Position numbers and translations under genes: made by a program. Below the pieces are notes generated by a model. That model did no database searches and had not been told where the DNA came from. It worked only from the letters and a program-made list of their open reading frames with translations. 64,000 nucleotides of DNA from a virus, in IMG/VR virus record IMGVR_UViG_3300045988_131721, positions 32,001 to 96,000 of that record, one strand, 5' to 3'. Below, one piece after another: positions 17,685-26,499 of this stretch (position 1 is the first letter of the stretch; every line of letters starts with the position of its first letter).

Positions 17685-18389
17685 ATGAATTTTGAAGATT
17701 TTATAATTGATAAGAATATAGAAATGAAATCAAATGAGCTAAATGAATTATTAAATACCTGGAGGACTGAAGAAGGCAAAAAATCTAAAGAACATAAAGA
17801 ATTCATGAGAGATATAAGAAAAGAAATGAAATTATTAGAATCGTTAGGTTTTGAGGTTGGTGGAAATTTTCCACCGACTACTTATATAGATAAACAAGGA
17901 AAAGAAAGAGGTTGCTATCTATTAAATAAAGAAGGAATATTACAAATGAGTACAAAGGAATCAGCTTATGTTAGAGCAAAAGTAATAGACTATATTAGAA
18001 CCCTTGAAACTTATATAGAAGAAACTGGACAGTCTGAAGAATTTAAATATTACAGAAGAACAGGTAAGATTATAAGACGTGGATTAACCGATACAATTAA
18101 AAAGGTATATAGAAATACGGATAAATTTATATATGCAAAATATACTAATTTAGTTTATACAATAGTATTCGATAAATCAGCTAGTGAAATAAGACTTGGG
18201 AAAGGTTTAAAGAAAAACCAAGCATTAAGAGATAATTTCACATCAGAAGAATTAGATGAAATATTGGAAGTTGAAAATAAATTAAAATCATTAATTGAAG
18301 TGTATGAAATGGAAGGTGTATGTTTAGACTTAATATATGAGAGAGCTAAAAATACTATATTAAGAGTATATCATAAAATAGCAATATAA
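17685..18389 (+). CDS. Rha-family phage regulatory protein
   Basis: HKEFMRDIRKEM...GGNF...TYIDKQGKERGCYLLNKEGILQMSTKES..VRAKVIDYIRTLE matches the Phage_pRha pattern. Confidence 0.6.
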   Translation: MNFEDFIIDKNIEMKSNELNELLNTWRTEEGKKSKEHKEFMRDIRKEMKLLESLGFEVGGNFPPTTYIDKQGKERGCYLLNKEGILQMSTKESAYVRAKVIDYIRTLETYIEETGQSEEFKYYRRTGKIIRRGLTDTIKKVYRNTDKFIYAKYTNLVYTIVFDKSASEIRLGKGLKKNQALRDNFTSEELDEILEVENKLKSLIEVYEMEGVCLDLIYERAKNTILRVYHKIAI

Positions 18390-18428
18390 AATATTAATAA
18401 AAATAATTAATAAAGGAGAGATGTGTAT

Positions 18429-19571
18429 ATGAGTAATTTAAATTTCGTTATGATTGGAAAATTATCAATAGCACCAGATAGACCAAATAAACCAGCATTT
18501 AGTGATAAGTTATTAGATAGTGGGTGCAATATCCGAGAGTTAAACCTACAAATGAAATGCGACAAAGATAATTTTAATCTTCAAATAAAATCTTTTATGA
18601 GTAATGCAAAGAAAAACAGTGATGGAAGCATAAATGTAGATAATAGTATAATATATACTATATTAGACAAAGGTGATAAAAAGTTTGAATCTGTTAACTT
18701 TAAATATAAAGATAAAGAAAAATATGAAGACGATATTGCAAACTTCAAGAGATATGTATTCGTAGACGGAGACGATAGATTAGAATGTTCTAACACCTTC
18801 GATTATGCTACTGCTGTATATACAACATTAAAATCAGATGCTTATAAAGATAAAGTATTTAGAGTTGATGGTGAAATAGAATATTCAAATTATAAGAATC
18901 CTAAAACTGGAATAGAAAATACATATACCAATTATAATGTTGAACGTATATATTTAGTTAATGACGATACAGAACAAAAAGCAACTTGTACGCTAGATGT
19001 ATATATGACAGCAGATTGTATAGACGATACCGATATAGAGGAAACAGGTAGTTTTAAACTTATGTGTTATATACCTCAATATATGAGTAAGAAAAAAGGA
19101 GAGTTTGGATATTATCAAGTATTAGATTATCCTTTAAATATTGATAAAGATAAACAATCTAAAAAATTCAATGCATTACAAAAATTATTAACAAGTAATT
19201 TTGAAGATAATGAGTTGTGTAAAATGGGATTCAAATGTAATTTAATAAATAGGATTAAGGAAGTCGATTTTGATATAAAAACAATGATAACCGATGAAGA
19301 GCGAGAACTATTAGAATTTAAAATAATTACAGAAAGTGAATTAGAAGCAAAATATGGTAAAGGACAAGGTGGCAGAGAAACCAAAATGGAAGTTGAAGGT
19401 ATAACTCGTGGATACACTACAGGAGCAATACCAGTACCTCTAACATTAAGTCAGTTATTAAGTAAAGGTGATGAAGAATTAAAAGAAAATAAGATATTAA
19501 CAAGTGATGAAAACGATGACTTAGATTTATTCTCAAACGATGATGACGAGGACGAATTATTCGATTTTTAG
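18429..19571 (+). CDS. Putative single-stranded DNA-binding protein
   Basis: SSB-like N-terminus MSNLNFVMIGKLSIAPDRP and acidic C-terminal tail DDDEDELFDF. Longer (380 aa) than bacterial SSB. Confidence 0.5.
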   Translation: MSNLNFVMIGKLSIAPDRPNKPAFSDKLLDSGCNIRELNLQMKCDKDNFNLQIKSFMSNAKKNSDGSINVDNSIIYTILDKGDKKFESVNFKYKDKEKYEDDIANFKRYVFVDGDDRLECSNTFDYATAVYTTLKSDAYKDKVFRVDGEIEYSNYKNPKTGIENTYTNYNVERIYLVNDDTEQKATCTLDVYMTADCIDDTDIEETGSFKLMCYIPQYMSKKKGEFGYYQVLDYPLNIDKDKQSKKFNALQKLLTSNFEDNELCKMGFKCNLINRIKEVDFDIKTMITDEERELLEFKIITESELEAKYGKGQGGRETKMEVEGITRGYTTGAIPVPLTLSQLLSKGDEELKENKILTSDENDDLDLFSNDDDEDELFDF

Positions 19572-19633
19572 ATTGAAAATAATTAATAAAATTATAAAGA
19601 GGGATTAATTCCCTCTAGGAAGGAGTTGGTAAT

Positions 19634-19861
19634 GTGGAAGAGTTGAAGTTATATGTTGATTATATCAATACAAAAGATTTATATTTGATTCAATTATATA
19701 AAATAGATGAGAATGAGGAAGTTTTAGAATACTTAGAAAGATATACAACTCATAATGTATACGGTGCTGTAAATAAAGTAAAAGAAATAACAAATAGATA
19801 TCCTAATGTCACAATAATAAGTGAAGATATAAGTTTTAATACATATTGTATGAATAAATAA
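19634..19861 (+). CDS. Hypothetical protein
   Basis: GTG start 8 nt after GGAAGGAG. Preceded by an AGAGGGA-TTAAT-TCCCTCT hairpin. Confidence 0.45.
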   Translation: MEELKLYVDYINTKDLYLIQLYKIDENEEVLEYLERYTTHNVYGAVNKVKEITNRYPNVTIISEDISFNTYCMNK

Positions 19862-19870
19862 ATTTTAAAT

Positions 19871-19931
19871 CATAGGTAATTTTTTATAAGGAATTGTTAA
19901 TACGATAATATAAGAGGTGATTAAAATGTAG
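19871..19931 (+). promoter_or_regulatory. Class II phage promoter cassette, copy 4, with ATG-TAG start-stop
   Basis: CATAGGTAATTTT, 12 nt, GTTAATA, CGA, TAATATAAGAGGTGATTAAA, ATG TAG (19926-19931). Confidence 0.55.
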
Positions 19932-19998
19932 AATATATTAGTTATAAGATATAAATAAAAATAACAAATTAAAAATAATTAATAAAAAGGTGATTGAG

Positions 19999-21252
19999 AT
20001 GTATCAGAATGAGGAACATAAGAGAGGAGTAATTGAAAGGGGAGATGGTTACGAATATATAGGAAGTTATAAATTAAATGAAGTGACTATAGATGGTAAG
20101 AATAAAAAACATAATGCTACTTATATTAGAGTTAAATGTCCATATTGCAGAAGTGAATATGACGTGGCTTTGAGCAGTTTTGTAGGAAAATTAAAAACAA
20201 AATGTACCAATTGTTGCAATACTTATGAAAATTCTTTTGCTTATTATATTGAAAAAGAATTAAATGAAAAATTAGAGGATTATTGGGACTTTGAGGAGAA
20301 TGGAAGAAGAGGTATAAATCCTTATTGTGTAACTAAACATAATAGCAGTATTAAAATTTCAATTTGGTGTAAAAATAAGTGGTATCATGGTAGTTATTTT
20401 ACTACCACATCACATTTTACAGAAAATAAAAGATGCCCTTACTGTGCTAATCAAAAGGTTCACCCGTTAGATAGTTTTGGACAATATTTAATTAATACCT
20501 ATGGAAAAGATGCCATAAAAAAATATTGGAGTGATAAAAATATAAATTCCCCTTTTAAAATAAGCAAAGGAAGTGGAAAACCAATATATTTATATTGTCA
20601 AGATAAAGATTATCATAATGATTATGGAGGTTATTCTGTAGTTCCATATCAATTTATGAGAGGGGATAGATGTCCATATTGTACACATAAATCGGGAAAA
20701 GTTCATCCTAAAGATTCATTTGGAAACCTGTATCCCGAAAAGGCTAAATATTGGTCACCCAATAATAAAAAATCACCTTTTGAAGTAACTTCTAGAAGTG
20801 GTAAAAAATATAAATTTATTTGTGAAAAATGTGGTGAAGAGTTTGAAAGAGATTTAGCGAATCTAAATAGAAATAATATTGGAATTGTGTGTAAAAAATG
20901 TAATTCTTCACAATTAGAAACAAAAACTAAAAATATATTAGAAAAACATAATATTAAATATGAAATAGAAAAATCATTTTTTAATTTATATGGTGTAGGT
21001 GGTAAATTATTGAGATTTGATTTTTATTTATCAGATTATAATTTACTAATTGAATGTCAAGGAACTCAACATAAATCATGGCAGAAAACTTGGGTGACAA
21101 AAGAAGATTTTGAAAGACAATTAGAACATGACAAAAGAAAGAAACAATATGCTAAAGAAAATAATATCGATTTATTAGAAATTTGGTATTATGATATAGA
21201 TAATATAGAAAATATATTGATGCATAGATTGAATTTAAATAAAAATAATTAA
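19999..21252 (+). CDS. Homing-endonuclease-like protein, family 2 (zinc-ribbon repeats plus Vsr/PD-(D/E)XK-like nuclease)
   Basis: N-terminus MYQNEEHKRGVIERGDGYEYIGSY, zinc-ribbon repeats, C-terminus LRFDFYLSDYNLLIECQGTQH. Collinear with 15329-16804. Confidence 0.6.
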   Translation: MYQNEEHKRGVIERGDGYEYIGSYKLNEVTIDGKNKKHNATYIRVKCPYCRSEYDVALSSFVGKLKTKCTNCCNTYENSFAYYIEKELNEKLEDYWDFEENGRRGINPYCVTKHNSSIKISIWCKNKWYHGSYFTTTSHFTENKRCPYCANQKVHPLDSFGQYLINTYGKDAIKKYWSDKNINSPFKISKGSGKPIYLYCQDKDYHNDYGGYSVVPYQFMRGDRCPYCTHKSGKVHPKDSFGNLYPEKAKYWSPNNKKSPFEVTSRSGKKYKFICEKCGEEFERDLANLNRNNIGIVCKKCNSSQLETKTKNILEKHNIKYEIEKSFFNLYGVGGKLLRFDFYLSDYNLLIECQGTQHKSWQKTWVTKEDFERQLEHDKRKKQYAKENNIDLLEIWYYDIDNIENILMHRLNLNKNN

Positions 21253-21270
21253 TAAAAGGAGAGATGTGTA

Positions 21271-22359
21271 ATGATTAAAATACAAATGAATGAAACAAAA
21301 AAAGGGATGGAACAACTTAGAATTTATTTAAGAGGCGAAAGCAAGACTGGCAAAAGCACGTTATTCAGAGATATGATACTAGAAAAATATAATGGAGATG
21401 CTAGTAAAGGATTGCTTTGTCAAATTGGAAATGAAACAGGTGCGAATTTTCTAAGCGATTTACAAACAACACATATAGATAATTACAAAGATTTAATTGA
21501 ATTACAAAAACTCCTAATAACTGGTAAAGGCAAGGAACATAATATAGAAATGGTATGTTTCGATACAATTGACGAAATAACTGAAATATTTGAAAAGGAA
21601 GTTTGCAGACTTTCACAAATAGAAACAGGTAAGGTTTGTAAAACAATCAATAGTGCGTATTCGGGCTATGGTATGGGAATGGAAAAGACTAAATCATTAA
21701 TGAAATCTTATTTCACTAAACTTCATCGTGCTGGATTTGGAATTTTTTGTATCAGCCACAGTAAGGTAAAAAATATAAAACCAAAAGGCTGTAATGAAGA
21801 TGAGAGTTATATGGTGTTATCTTCATCATTATCTAATGCTTATAATAGTGTATTTGAAGATATATTTGATGCAATATTAACTATAACAGTTGAAAGAAAT
21901 GTAGTTGATGGAAAAATAGAAAACACTGAAAGAAGATTATATTTCAGAAGTGATGGATATGTTATGGGAGGTTGTAGATTTAATAATAAGGTAATACCTC
22001 AATACATAACTATCAATGACGACTCAAGACAATTTGCAAGAGATTTTATCAATACATTAGAAGATGCTATGAGAAATTCTTCTTCTACACCATTAACACA
22101 AGAACAATTTAAAGAATTACAAAAAGAAGAAAAGAAACAAGCTGAAAAAGATTTAAAACAAGTACAACAAGAAGTTGAACAACAAGAAAAGGAAGAACAA
22201 CAAAAATCAGTAGATGAATTAAAATCTCAATTAAAAGACAAACTTAAAGATACAAATGCTAAGAATATAGTAAAAGAATTCATGAAAGAAAAAGGTGTCA
22301 AAAGTGTTGCATCATTAGATGCTGAACAATTACAAGAAATATTAGCTAAATTACAATAA
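21271..22359 (+). CDS. RecA-like NTPase of the AAA_24/Sak4 type (recombination mediator candidate)
   Basis: Walker A LRGESKTGKST, Walker B MVCFDTIDE. Long Glu/Lys/Gln-rich C-terminal tail. Confidence 0.5.
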   Translation: MIKIQMNETKKGMEQLRIYLRGESKTGKSTLFRDMILEKYNGDASKGLLCQIGNETGANFLSDLQTTHIDNYKDLIELQKLLITGKGKEHNIEMVCFDTIDEITEIFEKEVCRLSQIETGKVCKTINSAYSGYGMGMEKTKSLMKSYFTKLHRAGFGIFCISHSKVKNIKPKGCNEDESYMVLSSSLSNAYNSVFEDIFDAILTITVERNVVDGKIENTERRLYFRSDGYVMGGCRFNNKVIPQYITINDDSRQFARDFINTLEDAMRNSSSTPLTQEQFKELQKEEKKQAEKDLKQVQQEVEQQEKEEQQKSVDELKSQLKDKLKDTNAKNIVKEFMKEKGVKSVASLDAEQLQEILAKLQ

Positions 22360-22467
22360 TAAATAGTGGAGAAATTAATCTCCACTCCCCTGTGGGAGTG
22401 ATTAAATGTTTGGAGCGTGTAATAGAAAACCTAAACAAATTATAGATTTAAAGAGGAGGATTAATAT

Positions 22468-23388
22468 ATGATTAAATTAATAACACATAACGATTTAGAT
22501 GGGATAGGATGCGAAGTAGTATTTAAGCTTTTATATGGTGATAAAGTGGATGTCTTTTCAGTAGGAAATAATGAAGTCAATAACATCGTAGAGCAATCAT
22601 TGGAAGAACTAAGATTTGGAATTTACGAGCAATTATTTATAACAGATTTATCTATAAATGAAGAATTGGCAGAGATAATAAATAAAGAAGGTTTAAAAGT
22701 ACAATTATTAGACCATCATCCGTCAGCAACTCATTTAAATAAATATTCATTTGCAAATGTAACAACACACATGTTAGATGGATTAAAAGATAGTGGTACA
22801 CATCTATCTTTTATTTATTTGTTAGATAAATTACTAAATAAAGGATTGTATAATGAATCTCTTGAAGATTTTGTTGAATTAGTAAGACAATATGACACTT
22901 GGGAATGGAAAGAAATATTTAGAAACGAAGAAGCTAAACAGTTAAGTGATTTGCTTTATATATTAGGTAGAGAAAAATTCGTTAATGATATGGTGCATAG
23001 AATAAAAAATAATGAAGAATTATTTAGTAGAACAGATAAAGCAATATTAAAAATAAAACAAAAAGAAATAGATAATTACATTAATATAAAAGAAAAAGAA
23101 CTTATAATTAAAGATTTTAAACTTTATAAAATAGGTATAGTTATGGCTGACTCTTACACAAGTGAATTAGGAAATATATTATGTGAAAGACATGAAGAAT
23201 TAGATTTTGTAGCTATAATTAAAAAAGAAACGGTATCATTAAGAACTGTTAAAGATGATGTTAATTTAACAGATATAGCTAAACAATTTGGTGGAGGAGG
23301 TCATCCAAAAGCTAGTGGTTTTCCATTAAGCAATGTTAAATTAAATAATTTTATAAATGATATTTTTGATATAAAGGAAGGAGAATAA
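22468..23388 (+). CDS. DHH/DHHA1 family phosphoesterase (NrnA/RecJ-like)
   Basis: Motifs THNDLDGIG, ITDLS, LLDHHPS and GGGGHPKASGF. Confidence 0.75.
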   Translation: MIKLITHNDLDGIGCEVVFKLLYGDKVDVFSVGNNEVNNIVEQSLEELRFGIYEQLFITDLSINEELAEIINKEGLKVQLLDHHPSATHLNKYSFANVTTHMLDGLKDSGTHLSFIYLLDKLLNKGLYNESLEDFVELVRQYDTWEWKEIFRNEEAKQLSDLLYILGREKFVNDMVHRIKNNEELFSRTDKAILKIKQKEIDNYINIKEKELIIKDFKLYKIGIVMADSYTSELGNILCERHEELDFVAIIKKETVSLRTVKDDVNLTDIAKQFGGGGHPKASGFPLSNVKLNNFINDIFDIKEGE

Positions 23389-23390
23389 AT

Positions 23391-23660
23391 ATGAAAAGAT
23401 TAATTAGTAATTATATTGATAAAAAATTTTACAAATTAGGATGGGTGAAAAGAGAAGAAAATAAATATATAATAGCTTATGAAAAACATATTAAAAAGTA
23501 TGATTATATGCATCATATAGATATAATACATAAACGAAATGGTAATCATCTAATTCAATCATATTGTGATACAGAGACAAATAACCTATTTAGTTATATG
23601 GTAGGGTTAAATTTTAAAGAAATATTATTATCGATTTTAAAAATGAAATTAATATTTTAG
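23391..23660 (+). CDS. Hypothetical protein
   Basis: 89-aa ORF with RBS GGAAGGAG. Confidence 0.5.
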   Translation: MKRLISNYIDKKFYKLGWVKREENKYIIAYEKHIKKYDYMHHIDIIHKRNGNHLIQSYCDTETNNLFSYMVGLNFKEILLSILKMKLIF

Positions 23661-23668
23661 GAGGTATT

Positions 23669-24016
23669 ATGTGTAAATTTTGTGAAGGATTATTCAACGA
23701 TAAGCGTGAAGTAGAATGGTATATGAGAAGTGAATATGCTGACGATAATTTTTGTGAAAAGGTCTTTAATAATTCATGTGATAATTGTAAAAAATGTAGT
23801 AATCAATATATATTAAAAGGTTATTTATTTGACAATAGAGCATATATTGTATGTGATTATAAATTTACGAACGGGGATATATTAATGTGGAATTCTACAG
23901 AACCATTACCTGTAAATTATTGTCCTTATTGTGGGAGAAAATTAAGCAAAAGTATCATTGATTTCAATAATATAGGTTGTAATATAATAAATATGTTAGA
24001 TAAGGAAGGTGATTAA
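23669..24016 (+). CDS. Zinc-ribbon protein
   Basis: MCKFCEG...CDNCKKC...YCPYCGRKL. Ends KEGD-stop like the next ORF, to which it is paralogous. Confidence 0.5.
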   Translation: MCKFCEGLFNDKREVEWYMRSEYADDNFCEKVFNNSCDNCKKCSNQYILKGYLFDNRAYIVCDYKFTNGDILMWNSTEPLPVNYCPYCGRKLSKSIIDFNNIGCNIINMLDKEGD

Positions 24017-24214
24017 ATGTGCATTTATTGTGAGCAAGGTAAGGGCATATGTGACAATAGAAAAGAATTAGGAATAGAATTACATTCGGGTACAAGTGAA
24101 TTAGTAGCATATGGATTAGATGATAATAATTGGGATATAAGTGTTAAGTGTGAAATAAATTTCTGTCCTATGTGTGGTAAAAAAATAAGAAAAGAAAATA
24201 AAGAAGGTGATTAA
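24017..24214 (+). CDS. Zinc-ribbon protein (paralog of 23669-24016)
   Basis: MCIYCEQG...FCPMCGKKI...KEGD-stop. Abuts the upstream stop (TAA 24014-24016, ATG 24017). Confidence 0.5.
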   Translation: MCIYCEQGKGICDNRKELGIELHSGTSELVAYGLDDNNWDISVKCEINFCPMCGKKIRKENKEGD

Positions 24215-24775
24215 ATGGCAAAACCTAAAATGGTCATTTGCAAATACTGCAAGACTAAGATAGATAAAAATACAGCATTTAGAGAAGAGTATCTTAATGA
24301 CAATGGTGAAATAAAAAATAGATACTTTTGTAGCGAGAAATGTTATGACAAAAAACAAAATGAGATTAAGAAAAAAGAATGGGAGAAAGAAATAAAAAAA
24401 GAAAATAGGGAGAAAATAAGAAGTATATGTAATTTAAATGAGAAAGAAAAGAATATATATTTTCAAAGTACTTATAAAAGTATTACTGATAATTTTTCAC
24501 AAGAAGATATATATGAATTTATTAATAAATATGAGAAAGATATGTTAGATATATTAAACAATATAGATTTTAAAACTGTTAATTCAAGAATTAAATATTG
24601 TTTATCAATGTTAGAAAATCAATTACAACATTATATAGCCGAGAATCAATTAGATAAACAAGAATCTAAAGAAAAAATAGAAGAAGTAGAACCAAGTTTT
24701 GTAGATGATTTCGATATAGTAGTTAATGTAAAGAAAAAAGCGCCTAGGGATATTGACGACATATTAGGATTATAA
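24215..24775 (+). CDS. Hypothetical protein with N-terminal zinc finger
   Basis: CKYCKTKI...FCSEKC, followed by a Lys/Glu-rich region. Confidence 0.5.
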   Translation: MAKPKMVICKYCKTKIDKNTAFREEYLNDNGEIKNRYFCSEKCYDKKQNEIKKKEWEKEIKKENREKIRSICNLNEKEKNIYFQSTYKSITDNFSQEDIYEFINKYEKDMLDILNNIDFKTVNSRIKYCLSMLENQLQHYIAENQLDKQESKEKIEEVEPSFVDDFDIVVNVKKKAPRDIDDILGL

Positions 24776-24790
24776 GGAGGTAATAATCTT

Positions 24791-25087
24791 ATGAATGAAA
24801 TATATAAAAAGGAAATTAAAGAATTATTCGATGAATATTATAGACTTTCACCAATAACTAACGACGACTTCAAAAGAGTTATAAAGAAACAAGCTGAAGA
24901 TATGAATATTGAAAATTTGGAAAATCTAGATGAAATAAGCAAAGCGTGTTGTAATAATTTTAAAAATAATATAGATATGTTAAAAGACATATATAACAGT
25001 ATATGGGGATTCACTTTAAATAATGAGGAAGAACTAATTTATTATATAAGTTTAATTAGAGGTATATTGAATATGTTAAAACAATAA
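24791..25087 (+). CDS. Hypothetical protein
   Basis: 98-aa ORF with RBS AAGGAGG. Confidence 0.5.
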   Translation: MNEIYKKEIKELFDEYYRLSPITNDDFKRVIKKQAEDMNIENLENLDEISKACCNNFKNNIDMLKDIYNSIWGFTLNNEEELIYYISLIRGILNMLKQ

Positions 25088-25100
25088 GGAGGTCTAATTT

Positions 25101-25322
25101 ATGGAAAATATATTAGAGTTTCAAATGAGAAAAGAGCAGGAATATTTAAATAATTTGTTAGATAGTATAAATAATTTATTAAATAATGAATTTGAATTTA
25201 GCGAAGATACTAAGGCGCAATTAGAAATTGAGAAAAAAATAATATTGGCAAAATTAAGCGTATGGAAAACAGTAGAGAGGGCTGTAGAAGAATTAAAGAA
25301 CGATATTATATTTGAAAAATAA
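25101..25322 (+). CDS. Hypothetical protein
   Basis: 73-aa ORF with RBS AAGGAGG. Confidence 0.5.
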   Translation: MENILEFQMRKEQEYLNNLLDSINNLLNNEFEFSEDTKAQLEIEKKIILAKLSVWKTVERAVEELKNDIIFEK

Positions 25323-25348
25323 TTAATAACAAAATAGGAGTTGATATT

Positions 25349-26473
25349 ATGGATGAAAAAAATAGAAAGAGATATTTTCTTGCAAACGAGGATTTATATC
25401 AATTAACGGTAGATTTTGAATGTTTATTATTTGCTTTTGAAAAATTAGACCTTCTAACTTCTACAAAACTAAAACCAGACATTGAAGAATGTATCTTAAT
25501 TAGTGATTTTAGTGCTTATCAATTCATAGATTATGAAGAATTAGAAAATTCCAATAAAGATACCTTAACAAGAATAGCAATATTATTATGTAAACAAATA
25601 TTAAAATTTAAATATGGAGAATCAATGAGTATACCTATTATTGAAGATTATGAAAAAGCTTATGATAGATGGAAGTTGAATAACATAAGTAAAAAAGAAA
25701 CAAAAGAATGTAAATTAGACGATGTAATACTTGACAAAGAAATAAAAGCAGATGTGCTTAGTACAATAAACTTTGTAAAAAATATGGAAAAATATAAAGA
25801 GATTGGATGTGAATTACCAAGTGGTATATTACTAGAAGGGTCACCAGGTACTGGAAAAACATTACTTGCTAAATCAATAGCTAGCGAATCTAATATGAAT
25901 TTTAAATCAATAGTAGCATCAGATTTTGCCGAAAAATACGTAGGGGAGTCAAGTAAAAAGGTGCAAAAAATATTTGATGACTTAAAAAATAAAGGTGGAG
26001 GAATTCTTTTTATAGATGAAATTGACGCTATAGGTGTAAATCGTGAAGGTGACGATAACAAGGAATATAGAAGTGCAATGAACAAACTATTATCTTGTAT
26101 GAATGAAGCAAGTGATAATAAGATTATAGTTATAGGAGCAACGAATTTAGTAGAACAATTAGACCCAGCATTAATTAGAGAAGGGAGATTTGATAAGGTT
26201 ATAACTATTCCATTGCCTTCTTACGAATTAAGAATTGAACTATTTAAATTATATGTTAACAAACTTAAACATGAGGACGATATAGATTACGAATTATTGG
26301 CTAAAATAACAGAAGGACAAACTGGAGCATTTATTCATACAGTTTGTAATCATAGTGGTATATATGCCGTAGATAAAGGTTTACATAAAATTAATCAAAG
26401 TTGTTTATTACATACAATAGAAAGAATGGTTAGAGATAAAAAAGTAAAAAAATCAACTATTGGATTTAAATAA
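25349..26473 (+). CDS. AAA+ ATPase, classic clade (FtsH/CDC48-like ATPase module, no protease domain)
   Basis: Walker A LEGSPGTGKTLLAK, Walker B GILFIDEIDAIG, second region of homology ATNLVEQLDPALIREGRFD. Confidence 0.8.
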   Translation: MDEKNRKRYFLANEDLYQLTVDFECLLFAFEKLDLLTSTKLKPDIEECILISDFSAYQFIDYEELENSNKDTLTRIAILLCKQILKFKYGESMSIPIIEDYEKAYDRWKLNNISKKETKECKLDDVILDKEIKADVLSTINFVKNMEKYKEIGCELPSGILLEGSPGTGKTLLAKSIASESNMNFKSIVASDFAEKYVGESSKKVQKIFDDLKNKGGGILFIDEIDAIGVNREGDDNKEYRSAMNKLLSCMNEASDNKIIVIGATNLVEQLDPALIREGRFDKVITIPLPSYELRIELFKLYVNKLKHEDDIDYELLAKITEGQTGAFIHTVCNHSGIYAVDKGLHKINQSCLLHTIERMVRDKKVKKSTIGFK

Positions 26474-26499
26474 CATTAGGAATAAAATAAATATAAGAG

